Below, one piece after another: positions 1 to 9,168 of a DNA stretch of 64,000 nucleotides (the first letter of the stretch is position 1; each line of letters opens with the position of its first letter). The notes below the pieces were generated by a model. The model saw nothing but the letters and a program-made list of their open reading frames with translations. It was not told where the DNA came from and made no database searches. The translations under genes were made by a program, and so were the position numbers. Source of the DNA: Candidatus Pacearchaeota archaeon (GTDB lineage: Archaea > Nanobdellota > Nanobdellia > Pacearchaeales > GW2011-AR1); assembly GCA_019659125.1 (NCBI GenBank), contig JAIFVX010000001.1:502097-566096 (forward strand). The letters are read 5' to 3'.

Positions 1-408
1 AAATTTAATGTGACCGAAGATTCTCTTACAATATTATGCGCTGACAGTAATAATTCCTGGATTCTCATGGGTGAACGACATGGCGATGGAATTCAATTGA
101 TTGAGGAGGCCATGCTCTGGGACATGAACACTCACAATGGGAATAGTAATCCATGCGACAGGATTGCCCTAGAATTACGAGGTTTTTGTAGATATGTAAT
201 GGGTGTCAAAGAACAAACTCCTAAAGAAAATGAAACGCCTCCACTAGATGAGATAAAGAATATAGATAGTGATAAAATTTTCCTAGAGAATAAAAAAAAT
301 GGTGATGATCATACCAATACTCAACAGAATCAAACAAACTCGATTAATAACTCGTCTGAAATGTCTCCCCGATCTGTAAAAAATCAATGTATTCCTAAGA
401 GGAAATAA
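1..408 (+). CDS. 3' part of a secreted Asn/Thr-rich surface protein gene (5' end lies outside the window); paralogue of the next gene
   Basis: The reading frame is open back to nt 1. The segment ...LTILCADSNNSWILMGERHGDGIQLIEEAMLWDMN aligns with ...LTYSCWDGNTWNTFGVRGTSEGIGFVEEAMIWDIG of ORF 488..1756. The tail is N/Q/T-rich. Confidence 0.6.
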   Translation, partial: KFNVTEDSLTILCADSNNSWILMGERHGDGIQLIEEAMLWDMNTHNGNSNPCDRIALELRGFCRYVMGVKEQTPKENETPPLDEIKNIDSDKIFLENKKNGDDHTNTQQNQTNSINNSSEMSPRSVKNQCIPKRK

Positions 409-487
409 AAAACATTATGTTATTTTTTATTGTAATTAAAAATCTAGATATCGACAATCAGTTGGAGGAATAAATATATATAGGAGA

Positions 488-1756
488 ATGACTGTATATC
501 ATTTTATGACTTCTCGTTTTTTATTTTCTGCTCTAATTATTTGTACCGTAATCCTAAGCTTTAGTTTTACATCAGCTGTAGATCCTGCTGTCCATGTTAC
601 AGTTAATATGGTTAATGATGACTTTGGTACGGCAGTGCCTGAGGATTTTTTGATAGCATTTCAAGGGGCTGATAGGAATTTCAATAATGGAACACCTGAA
701 GAAGGTCTTCAGTGGCTAGATCCAGATAATGCCTATGGTCCAGGTCAAAACATTACAGTCCATGTCATGGAAAATACAACATATAATTTCACCGAGATTT
801 TCTTTATTCCTGAGGGATACACAGTCTCATATTCCGAAGGATGTACAGGAAATCTCACTGCGAATGAGAATGCCTCGTGCGTCATTACTAATAACGATCC
901 TTCCCATACTCCTATAGGGAAGTGGTGTTATCAAGAATTCGCAAATCAAGCCACAGCATGTGGCGGTCTTGCTGGTGGGAATTATTCTGACTCTAATAGT
1001 TCCAATGAATGGAGAGATGGGGACTGGTCAACAGATTCTAGAAGTGAAATAGGGGACTATAAGGTTAATTATGTAAAGCCGATCCATGCTCTAAGCGATA
1101 GTATGCTAAAGATAAGATTCTTCCAGGCCCAAGATGAAGTCCGTTTTGGTTTCAGTGATGAAAGATATGTATCTATTCCTTCGGAATGTTTCAATAAGTC
1201 AACACTTAATCTTAGGTTTACTATAAATGAAACTAACAAAAATACCCTAACGTATTCTTGCTGGGACGGTAATACATGGAATACCTTTGGAGTAAGAGGT
1301 ACTTCAGAGGGAATTGGATTCGTTGAAGAAGCAATGATATGGGATATAGGTAATCAAACAAATCAGACTATTCCTCCAACCAACGGAACAAATAGCACAG
1401 GCACTAATAACACTGGCAATAATGGCACCGACAATACTAACCATACTGTAGTAGACCACGATCGGGATGGAGTTATTGACACTAAAGATTTATGTCCTAA
1501 TACCCTTCTCCCTGAAGATATATCCTTGAAGTATCCACGTTATGCGAATGTAGATTCCGATGGTGCTTTTGAAACAAAAAACAACAAAGGTAGGATAGTA
1601 AATAGTAATTACAACATGAATCTTACACAAGGCTGTTCATGCACCCAAATATTAGATATAATGAAAAGCAATAGTAAACAAGCCTATGAACATGGATGCA
1701 CCAAGGCAACTCTTGACAAATTCATTGAGCGGACACATGAAAATATGTGTCGATGA
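488..1756 (+). CDS. Secreted cell-surface glycoprotein candidate with thrombospondin-type-3-like Asp-rich Ca-binding loops
   Basis: N-terminal hydrophobic signal (FLFSALIICTVILSFSFTSA). Dense N-x-S/T sequons (NQTNQTIPPTNGTNSTGTNNTGNNGTDNTNHT). Asp-rich loops DHDRDGVIDTKDLCPN and NVDSDGAFE. A TATA-like aaatatatata lies upstream. Confidence 0.6.
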   Translation: MTVYHFMTSRFLFSALIICTVILSFSFTSAVDPAVHVTVNMVNDDFGTAVPEDFLIAFQGADRNFNNGTPEEGLQWLDPDNAYGPGQNITVHVMENTTYNFTEIFFIPEGYTVSYSEGCTGNLTANENASCVITNNDPSHTPIGKWCYQEFANQATACGGLAGGNYSDSNSSNEWRDGDWSTDSRSEIGDYKVNYVKPIHALSDSMLKIRFFQAQDEVRFGFSDERYVSIPSECFNKSTLNLRFTINETNKNTLTYSCWDGNTWNTFGVRGTSEGIGFVEEAMIWDIGNQTNQTIPPTNGTNSTGTNNTGNNGTDNTNHTVVDHDRDGVIDTKDLCPNTLLPEDISLKYPRYANVDSDGAFETKNNKGRIVNSNYNMNLTQGCSCTQILDIMKSNSKQAYEHGCTKATLDKFIERTHENMCR

Positions 1757-1760
1757 AATA

Positions 1761-1776
1761 AACAGCTTTAAATACT
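1761..1776 (+). promoter_or_regulatory. BRE/TATA promoter of the SRP RNA gene
   Basis: cTTTAAATAc at 1766-1775, about 22-25 nt upstream of the first paired nucleotides of the RNA (GGTAGACG at 1795). The same box recurs upstream of most genes in the window. Confidence 0.6.
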
Positions 1777-1795
1777 GATTCTATTGTAATTTTAG

Positions 1796-2050
1796 GTAGA
1801 CGAGCCGGCGCATTAGCCCTGCGCCATCCACCCGCGGGCTTCAAGTGGGCTTAAAGGAGTACGTGACACACAGACAGTTTAGTCTCACGCTTGACGTTGA
1901 CGTTCTGTCCTGTTCGATCGTGCTCTTGCGAAATGGGTCAGGCCTTGATCGGAGCAGCCCTAAACAGGAAGCATGGTGCTTATAGGAGCGCAGAGCCGAG
2001 GAAAGCTGAGGTAGCTACTCTATCTTTGTCGAGCAAGCTCCCCGTCTACA
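1796..2050 (+). ncRNA. ffs: Signal recognition particle RNA (7S/SRP RNA)
   Basis: A GC-rich non-coding block in an AT-richer context. The terminal helix GTAGACG (1797-)...CGTCTAC (-2049) closes the molecule. GGTCAGGCC..GATCGGAGCAGCCCTAA matches the conserved archaeal helix-8 motif GGUCAGGUCCGGAAGGAAGCAGCCCUAA. Two 5' hairpins (GGCGC..GCGCC, CCAC..GTGG) fit an Alu domain. Confidence 0.85.
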
Positions 2051-2091
2051 TTTCTTAGTTAACTTTAAATACCGATAATTTATGGAATTTT

Positions 2092-2316
2092 ATGGCAGAA
2101 GATTATATACATAAGCTTCGAAAATTTGCAAGTGACTTAGAGGAAGGCTTAAAGTTCGAGAGAAATGCACTTGATGCACTTAAAGTTGTAAATCCTATTA
2201 ATAATTATACGGATTTAGGAAACATACAGGAACCAGTTGTACGATCAATAGTTCTCTACGAAAGTACATTGCGTAATCTCTATAACTTATTTCCAGAAAT
2301 AAGACCTAAGAAATAG
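2092..2316 (+). CDS. Small hypothetical protein (74 aa)
   Basis: Clean ORF with its own cTTTAAATAcc box about 25 nt upstream of the ATG. No family recognised. Confidence 0.5.
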   Translation: MAEDYIHKLRKFASDLEEGLKFERNALDALKVVNPINNYTDLGNIQEPVVRSIVLYESTLRNLYNLFPEIRPKK

Positions 2317-2358
2317 TCGTAGCGATATCTATAAAAATAGCACTTCTCTTCCCACTAA

Positions 2359-2883
2359 ATGAAAAGAGGCCAGGTATTTCTCATTGCTGCGTTGATCATT
2401 GCAAGCATCGCAATCGGCCTTGTCACGGTCTACAATTCAACAACAACTACAAAGGCAAACCCTATCGTGTATGCGCTTTCAGATGAGATCACGTTTGAAG
2501 GATCGCAGGTCATCAACTATGGAGTTCTTCATGAAGTTCCTAAGCAGGAGATCTCTCAAAATATCAAGGAGCTTGCGTCATATTATTCTTCGGTGAATCC
2601 TGACAAGGATATAGTCATAGTCTATGGAAATCAGACGAGTGCAGAAGTTGTGGAATATGCAAACACGAACCAAGGCGGCGTGAGCATTGATACGGGAGGA
2701 ACTCCAAAACTTATCAATATAAAGCAAATCGAGCGTCGTGCCTATGATGTAAGTCCTCATGAGAATAGGGTGAAGATAGACATTGTGGGAATCCCTTATG
2801 AATTTACTCTTAAACAGGGCGAGAACTTCTACATTGTCATAAAGAGTGATACGCAGGAGGAGACGACCGTTGCACAGGGATAA
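2359..2883 (+). CDS. Type IV pilin-like protein (class III signal peptide)
   Basis: N-terminus MKRGQVFLIAALIIASIAIGLVTVY: a short basic n-region and Gly, followed directly by a hydrophobic helix. TATA tctataaaaata lies upstream. Confidence 0.55.
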   Translation: MKRGQVFLIAALIIASIAIGLVTVYNSTTTTKANPIVYALSDEITFEGSQVINYGVLHEVPKQEISQNIKELASYYSSVNPDKDIVIVYGNQTSAEVVEYANTNQGGVSIDTGGTPKLINIKQIERRAYDVSPHENRVKIDIVGIPYEFTLKQGENFYIVIKSDTQEETTVAQG

Positions 2884-3355
2884 GAAAGGAGTCAGCGAGA
2901 TGGTAGGATATGTCTTGCTCATTCTTGTAGCTGTAGGAGTAAGTGTTCTTGTCTATAATTTTCTCTACGTCTTAAATCCTAAGGATAAGGTGGTATGTGA
3001 AGATGACACGTATCTCATTATCAACTCACTATCATGCAACCTTGTTCAGTCTAACATCTCTCTTGGCTTGCAAAATAAGGGACTATATACTGTTGATGCT
3101 GCGTATATCAGAATGGCACCAGCAGGAACTCGAGTTCGACAGCAGATAAACCCTAAACTTACTGACTTCTATCTCTGGAATCTTCCTGCGAACAAGCATG
3201 GGTTAAGGCCGGGAGAATCATTGCTGAAGAATTACACATTCCCTACCAAGCAAGGAATTACAGATTACGAGGTCGAAGTGCAGCCGGTCATTTTCAGAAA
3301 TAACAATCCTATCCTCTGCCCAAGTGTTATCACCCAGCCAGTGCACTGCAGCTGA
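2846..3355 (+). CDS. Archaeal type IV pilin-like protein (Pilin_N type); start uncertain (GTG 2846 or TTG 2870)
   Basis: ..DKKGVSEMVGYVLLILVAVGVSVLVY resembles the archaeal pilin N-terminal motif (K/R-G-V-S-x-V-I-G-x-hydrophobic). The only ATG (2900) would delete the basic n-region. Confidence 0.55.
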   Translation: MIRRRRRPLHRDKKGVSEMVGYVLLILVAVGVSVLVYNFLYVLNPKDKVVCEDDTYLIINSLSCNLVQSNISLGLQNKGLYTVDAAYIRMAPAGTRVRQQINPKLTDFYLWNLPANKHGLRPGESLLKNYTFPTKQGITDYEVEVQPVIFRNNNPILCPSVITQPVHCS

Positions 3356-3395
3356 CTGCAATAATCTATAAATAACCCTCAAGGGTGGGAGATTT

Positions 3396-4544
3396 ATGAA
3401 ATTTGCACATCTTAGCGACTGCCATCTTGGCGGCTGGAGACAGCCCGAGCTCAAGGAGCTGAACTTCAGGAGCTTCCAAAAGGCACTGGCCCAATGCATT
3501 AAGGAGGCTGTTGACTTCATACTGATAGCAGGGGATTTGTTTGATTCAGCTTATCCTCCTATAGAGACCTTGAAGGAGACCTTCGATGAATTTCGGAAGC
3601 TTAAGGAAAAGAAAATTCCCGTGTTTCTCATTGCAGGCAGTCATGACTATTCAGTCACGGGAAAGACATTTCTTGATGTACTTGAAAAGTCAGGGTTTTG
3701 CACGAACGTTGCAATCTTTGAGGAGAGAAATGAAAAAATTATGCTTCAGCCAACGATCTTCCGCAATGTAGCCTTGTATGGTTATCCTGGAAAGAAATCA
3801 GGTCTTGAAGTCTCAGAGATAGAGAGAATTTCACTTCAGGATGCTCCTGGATTGTTTAAGATCCTCATGCTTCATACTGCAATTAGGGATGCTGTAGGAA
3901 GTCTACCAATACCTGCTGTTGACGAGACTGCACTCCCTCCTGTTGATTATCTTGCATTGGGACATCTACACATTAATTATAGCAAACACGGGAGAGTGTA
4001 CTCCGGGCCTATCTTTCCTAATACCCTTTCCGAGCTTGAAGAGCTTCAAGGAGGTTCATTTTATATTTTTGATCAGGGAAAGCTTAGAAAAGAGCATATC
4101 AAGATAAAAGACATTGCAAGTATTGATATAGAGATAAAAGATGCGCTCCGTGCAACTGATCATATCCTTTCAGTGATTGAGAAAAAGAATCTTGAGGACA
4201 AGATTGTCATCCTGAAGCTTCATGGGATTCTTGAGTTTGGGAAGACATCGGATATCGACTTCATGAAGATTGAAGCTCTTGTGAAAAGAAGGAAGGCGTA
4301 TGCCTTCCTTAAAAGCACGACGAAGATTCTTATGCCTGAGCCAGAGCTGCGCATTGATCTGCATGACACGGCCAATCTTGAGTCTACTATCATAAAAAAG
4401 TTTGAAGAGACTAACCCGAGCAAGTTCAATGTACTTATTGAGCCGCTGCTTCGGTCGTTGCAGCTTGAAAAGATAGATGATGAGAAGTCTTCTGTTTTTG
4501 AGGAACGATTGATGGGAGAGACAAGGAGGGTCCTGCCCCTATGA
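3396..4544 (+). CDS. mre11: DNA double-strand-break repair nuclease Mre11
   Basis: Calcineurin-like phosphoesterase motifs: FAHLSDCHLG, ILIAGDLFD, AGSHD, LMLHTAI, LGHLH. There is a 4-nt overlap with rad50. Confidence 0.9.
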   Translation: MKFAHLSDCHLGGWRQPELKELNFRSFQKALAQCIKEAVDFILIAGDLFDSAYPPIETLKETFDEFRKLKEKKIPVFLIAGSHDYSVTGKTFLDVLEKSGFCTNVAIFEERNEKIMLQPTIFRNVALYGYPGKKSGLEVSEIERISLQDAPGLFKILMLHTAIRDAVGSLPIPAVDETALPPVDYLALGHLHINYSKHGRVYSGPIFPNTLSELEELQGGSFYIFDQGKLRKEHIKIKDIASIDIEIKDALRATDHILSVIEKKNLEDKIVILKLHGILEFGKTSDIDFMKIEALVKRRKAYAFLKSTTKILMPEPELRIDLHDTANLESTIIKKFEETNPSKFNVLIEPLLRSLQLEKIDDEKSSVFEERLMGETRRVLPL

Positions 4545-6595
4545 AACTGAAAAAAATAATACTGAGGAATATACGAAGCTATGAATACCAAGAGGTGGAA
4601 TTTCCTCAAGGATCAGTGCTGCTTGCAGGAGATATAGGGACTGGAAAGACGACGATCCTTCTCGGCATTGAATATGCGCTCTTTGGTCTCCAGCCGGGAC
4701 AGAAAGGGTCAGCTCTATTGCGTCACAATGCTGACTCGGGAGAAGTCACCTTAGAGCTGGAGATAGGGGGAAAGGAGATTATCATTGAACGTAAATTGCG
4801 AAGAAGCAGTAAGAGTGTAAGCAATGAGTTTGCAGCCATTACCATTGATAACGAGCGGATAGAATCTTCTCTTACCGAGATAAAGACAATGATACTTGAA
4901 CTTATGGGATATCCCTTTGAGTTCATAAAGAAAAATAATCTTTTGTATAGGTATACTGTATATACTCCCCAAGAGCAGATGAAGCAGATCATTCTTGAGG
5001 ATGCGGAAACACGACTGACAGTCTTGCGTCATATATTTGGCATTGACAAATATAAGCGGATTAGGGAGAATCTGGCTCTTATACTAAGTAGGGTGAAAGA
5101 TGATTCAAAAATAATCCAGGGGGAAATAAAAACGCTTGATGATGACAGGAGAAAATTCAATGTGCGAATAGAACGGATGCTTATACTCGATGCCCTTATC
5201 ATTGAAAAGGAATCGACCTTAAAAGACAAAATTACTGCTAGGAAATCTCTTGAAGTTGAGGCTCATGAGCTGGAAGCCAAGCTTAAGGAGAAGGAGAACT
5301 TTGAGAAAGAAGTTGAAAAGACAAAAATTATGATGGGTGCGAGAAAAGAAAATATCTCGGCATCCCTGCGTGAGATTGAAAGGCTTGAAAAGGATATCGC
5401 GGAAGCACAGATTGTTCCTGAAGAGACGTATGAGTTAGTTTTAAAGTCTATGAACTCAAAGCGGTCACTTCTCGAAAACCTTACCGCGCGTTACATGCAG
5501 ATTCTCACGACAACTGCCTCTTTCTATGAGAAGACACAAGAATCGAATGCACGAAAGGAGAGGATAGCTCATCTTGATTTCTGTCCTGTGTGCCAGCAGA
5601 AAGTCTCACCAAATCATCGTCATGCGGTTATTCGGAATGCCGAACTCGACCTTAATGATATGCAAGAAAAGCTTATGGCCTCTGAAAAAGAGAAGAACGA
5701 GGTTAAAGCAGCAATTGAAAAAGAAAAAAAAGAACTTGTTAGCCTTGAGAAGGAGAAAGACAAACTTGACTCTATGCGTTCCAGGATGACCTATATTATT
5801 GAATCTAAAAAAAGAGTACAGGAACTAAAGAAAAATCAAGAATTTCTCAATAAAGATATTGCTCTTCTCTCAGGGCATATCGAAAGCCGAAAGGAGGACA
5901 TACTAGCTTTATCGAAATTCAACAACCTCCTACGGTTGAAAAATGATGAGCTGAAGAAAGCATTCGTCGAGGAGAAGAATGCTGAAATTGCTATTGCTGA
6001 GTCAAGAAAAGAACTAGAGCTTACTCGAGAGGAAGCACGAGACCTTGAAATCTCATTGGAACACAAGGAAAATCTTAAGAAGAAACTGACGGGAATGAAT
6101 GAGCTTTCTGACTGGCTTTCAAACCAATTTATCGATCTTCTCGATTTCACCGAAAGGACAATCCTTATGCGCCTTCGAGGAGAGTTCTCAAAGCTTTTCA
6201 GCTCATGGTTCAGTCTTCTGGTGAGTGAAAGTTCATTCCACGTCCAGCTTGATGAGAACTTCACACCCCTCATCATTCAGGGAGATAATGAGACTGAATA
6301 CTCCTTCTTATCAGGTGGAGAAAGAACCGCAGTAGCTCTTGCCTATCGGCTTGCCTTGAACCAAACGATAAACTCGGTAGTGAGCCAATTAAAGACCAAA
6401 GATTTAGTCATTCTTGATGAGCCTACAGAAGGGTTTTCAGAGGGTCAACTCGATAAGATGCGCGAGATATTTTCAGAGGTTAAAGTTGGTCAACTTATTG
6501 TGGTGAGCCATGAGCAGAAGATTGAGGGATTTGTCGATAATATCATACGTCTGAAAAAAGAAGGTACTGTTTCCTCAATAGAAGCTAAACCTTAA
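4541..6595 (+). CDS. rad50: DNA repair ATPase Rad50 (short, 684 aa)
   Basis: Walker A GDIGTGKTT; long K/E-rich coiled coil; zinc hook CPVCQQ; ABC signature LSGGERTAVALA; Walker B LVILDEPTEGF. Confidence 0.9.
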   Translation: MKLKKIILRNIRSYEYQEVEFPQGSVLLAGDIGTGKTTILLGIEYALFGLQPGQKGSALLRHNADSGEVTLELEIGGKEIIIERKLRRSSKSVSNEFAAITIDNERIESSLTEIKTMILELMGYPFEFIKKNNLLYRYTVYTPQEQMKQIILEDAETRLTVLRHIFGIDKYKRIRENLALILSRVKDDSKIIQGEIKTLDDDRRKFNVRIERMLILDALIIEKESTLKDKITARKSLEVEAHELEAKLKEKENFEKEVEKTKIMMGARKENISASLREIERLEKDIAEAQIVPEETYELVLKSMNSKRSLLENLTARYMQILTTTASFYEKTQESNARKERIAHLDFCPVCQQKVSPNHRHAVIRNAELDLNDMQEKLMASEKEKNEVKAAIEKEKKELVSLEKEKDKLDSMRSRMTYIIESKKRVQELKKNQEFLNKDIALLSGHIESRKEDILALSKFNNLLRLKNDELKKAFVEEKNAEIAIAESRKELELTREEARDLEISLEHKENLKKKLTGMNELSDWLSNQFIDLLDFTERTILMRLRGEFSKLFSSWFSLLVSESSFHVQLDENFTPLIIQGDNETEYSFLSGGERTAVALAYRLALNQTINSVVSQLKTKDLVILDEPTEGFSEGQLDKMREIFSEVKVGQLIVVSHEQKIEGFVDNIIRLKKEGTVSSIEAKP

Positions 6596-7880
6596 CCATC
6601 ATTTCAAACACAGGCATGCCTTGCTCGATAAGTTTGGAAAATAATTTTCCCACTGGCTGAATATCTCCCTTGTAAGAAAGCCCTACAGGAGATTCCTCAT
6701 AAGATTTAGGTCCACAGAGAGCATGCTGCCATCCGACCTGGTATTCATCACCATACCATCCCATGCCAAGAATAGGATAGCCTTCTTTTCTGAGCTGTGC
6801 GATGACGTCATATGTTTTCTGGCACATCATGGTAGCATATCGAGGCCAGGCATTAACTTCGGTGTGCAATAAGGGCATCTTGTAGCGCTCCCAGTATTTC
6901 TTAATCATGCTATAGAGCTGGTAAGGATGTCGTGGTCCAAGATTAATAGTCCTTCTTCGTTGATAGATGTGAATACATGTAGGATAGTGGTCGATACCCA
7001 GGATTGTTTCCTTGGAACCGCCCTGACTCATAAACCACTCATAGGTTTCCTCAGACATCCCATGTTCCATTAAATAGCGTTTCATGGATTCATCTCTCTT
7101 TCCAAAGATCAAGTCGAGTGCTGAAAACCTTCGTAAATTGAATCGCTCAGCTTCCTCTACTCTTCCACTTCGAGCTGTTGCAATCGCCGCTTCAAAGCTG
7201 TCGTTCTGGATAAAGAGTGGATGTCCTTGTCTTTTTTCTTCGCTCCATAAAGATTCTATGGACTTTCTGGATAGGATAGCTGCCCGAGCTATATTTGAGA
7301 TGCATTGGACAAAATCCCGATCATCATTCCATGAACTTGATAATGATTCATTCCACATTCCCCATTTTGAAGAAAATAAGGCCGTGATTAGAGGCTCATT
7401 GATGAGGGTGAAATGATTAATTGAAGGATATCGACGTGCGAACTCACGTGCATACTGAGCAAACAGCTGGGGAAACTGCTCGTTTTGGAAAAACTGCTTG
7501 CCAGGATTCTTTTCGTGCATCCATGTAGGAAGTCCAAAGTGAAGAAGGTCTGCAAGAATGACTATGCCTTTTTGCTGGCAGAGAGCATGTACTCTATCCA
7601 TAAGTGTAAAATCATAAATCCCTTCTCCAAGATGCGTTTGCGAATAAGGAGGTCCAAACCTAAGCCACTGGATGCCTAAGGATGCAATCATAGAAATTCT
7701 CCGTTCCATGTGTTCATAAAAGTCAAATGCTTCTTTGAACTGATTCCTTCTTACCCCCTGAACGATTGGATCGGATCCCTCAATACCTGTAAGGAACACT
7801 CCGCGTTCAGGAAAAAGAGAAACAATTTTTGCAATCTCCTCACTCCAAACTATCTTCTCGCTTTCAGTTAAAACTTCCAT
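6585..7880 (-). CDS. Clan GH-A (GH1-like) (beta/alpha)8 glycoside hydrolase
   Basis: LINEP acid/base-type motif (FTLINEPLITA) and a later LLHTEVN nucleophile-type motif. Length and W/H-rich pattern resemble family-1-like glycosyl hydrolases. No signal peptide. Confidence 0.55.
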   Translation of the reverse strand: MEVLTESEKIVWSEEIAKIVSLFPERGVFLTGIEGSDPIVQGVRRNQFKEAFDFYEHMERRISMIASLGIQWLRFGPPYSQTHLGEGIYDFTLMDRVHALCQQKGIVILADLLHFGLPTWMHEKNPGKQFFQNEQFPQLFAQYAREFARRYPSINHFTLINEPLITALFSSKWGMWNESLSSSWNDDRDFVQCISNIARAAILSRKSIESLWSEEKRQGHPLFIQNDSFEAAIATARSGRVEEAERFNLRRFSALDLIFGKRDESMKRYLMEHGMSEETYEWFMSQGGSKETILGIDHYPTCIHIYQRRRTINLGPRHPYQLYSMIKKYWERYKMPLLHTEVNAWPRYATMMCQKTYDVIAQLRKEGYPILGMGWYGDEYQVGWQHALCGPKSYEESPVGLSYKGDIQPVGKLFSKLIEQGMPVFEMMVKV

Positions 7881-7974
7881 ACACCATTTTTATCTCCGTC
7901 GGTTGTACACGACCAATTATATATAAATCTTGTGCCACCTAAATCCATTTAAATAGTAAATTTCTCTACCTTTG

Positions 7975-8433
7975 ATGGAAGAAGAGAATTGGATGTCTGA
8001 TACCACCATCGGAGTCAATGTCATGCTCTGGAGAAAAACTACTGAACAGATGACTGATTATTACAGCGGACGGCTCTTCAATCGTGAAGGCCATGTGGCT
8101 GATCTTCATGAGTTTTCAGACAAGTGTATCTGCCCGTGCTTCTTTACTAGCATTGAGGATATTGTTGATGCTATACAGGAAGGGATTGAAAGGTTCAGGA
8201 ATCCAAACTTTGATAGTGAGAGCGTAGGAGAGTATGACAGCATTCAATTCACGAGCGAAATGAGAAGATCACACATCCAAGCCAATGCATATATAGAATC
8301 ACAAGGAGCCTATATGCAGCATTCACTGAATCCTACGGCGATGGAACAGTTGGTCTTACGGGTTGATAAGAAAATGCGCCCCCTATTATACCAGCAACCG
8401 GTGGGAAAACCAGTCCAGAGTGAGTCCACATAA
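7975..8433 (+). CDS. Hypothetical protein (152 aa from ATG 7975)
   Basis: ORF with cATTTAAATAg about 24 nt upstream of ATG 7975. The track start 7972 is TTG. No family recognised. Confidence 0.45.
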   Translation: MEEENWMSDTTIGVNVMLWRKTTEQMTDYYSGRLFNREGHVADLHEFSDKCICPCFFTSIEDIVDAIQEGIERFRNPNFDSESVGEYDSIQFTSEMRRSHIQANAYIESQGAYMQHSLNPTAMEQLVLRVDKKMRPLLYQQPVGKPVQSEST

Positions 8434-8486
8434 GATTCACCATAAACCTTAAATACCTCTATATTCTAAAATCAGTAACCATACAG

Positions 8487-9155
8487 ATGGATTTTCTAAC
8501 CATGAATGAAGAGATTAGTAAAAATGTCATGCACTCGGGAACGAGCCTAGTTGGAATTAAGACTAGAGAGGGTATTGTTATTGCCGGAGATCGAAGAAGC
8601 ACGGCTGGAAGCATTGTCATGTCAAAGAATTCTCAGAAAGTTGTAGCAGTTAATGATTATATTGCAGTTGCAGGCACAGGAGTTGCATCTGATATTGACT
8701 TAGCACAGAGAGTATTTGGTGCAGAGTTGAAGCTTAAGCACTTGAAAACCAAGTCCAGGCCAACGGTAAAAGAGGCAGCCAATCTATTTGGTATGATGTC
8801 GTATAGAAATATCAGAACTCCCGCAATGATCCCTAGTATTGTAGGAACATTACTTGCAGGATTTGACGAAGATGGCAAAGTTTCATTATACACGATAGAG
8901 CCTGCAGGAGGAGTGTACGAAGTGGATGATTACGACGCGAATTTCTCTTCAGGAATGCCATATATTCTTGGACTTTTAGAGAGATCCTGGCATAAAGACC
9001 TCACGCTTAAGGAAGCAGTTGAGATGGCCAAAGAGGCGCTGAAAGCATCCACGCAGCGAGATGTCGCTTCAGGAAATGGTATCGACGTATTCACGGTTAC
9101 GAAAGACGGAATCAAGCATGTTGTTTCTGAGCAGATCGTCGCAGAATTTAAATAA
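8487..9155 (+). CDS. psmB: Proteasome subunit beta
   Basis: A propeptide followed by ..GTSLVGIKTREGIVIAGDRRSTAG, the Ntn-hydrolase beta-subunit pattern. Confidence 0.9.
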   Translation: MDFLTMNEEISKNVMHSGTSLVGIKTREGIVIAGDRRSTAGSIVMSKNSQKVVAVNDYIAVAGTGVASDIDLAQRVFGAELKLKHLKTKSRPTVKEAANLFGMMSYRNIRTPAMIPSIVGTLLAGFDEDGKVSLYTIEPAGGVYEVDDYDANFSSGMPYILGLLERSWHKDLTLKEAVEMAKEALKASTQRDVASGNGIDVFTVTKDGIKHVVSEQIVAEFK

Positions 9156-9168
9156 ATAAACCATCAGC

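Noticed and set aside
1796-2050. The possibility that the GC-rich RNA is RNase P RNA, because it contains GAGGAAAGC.
   Set aside because: The GGTCAGGCC...GGAGCAGCCCTAA helix-8 signature, the ~255-nt size and the Alu-like 5' hairpins fit SRP RNA. The RNase P CR-I/CR-V context (GGAAAGUCC...ACAGAA...) is not present.
5836-6276. A 146-aa minus-strand ORF, and other minus-strand ORFs inside rad50.
   Set aside because: They are antisense to the Lys/Glu-rich Rad50 coiled coil. The Ser/Phe-rich translation is typical of the reverse complement of GAA/AAG-rich coding DNA.
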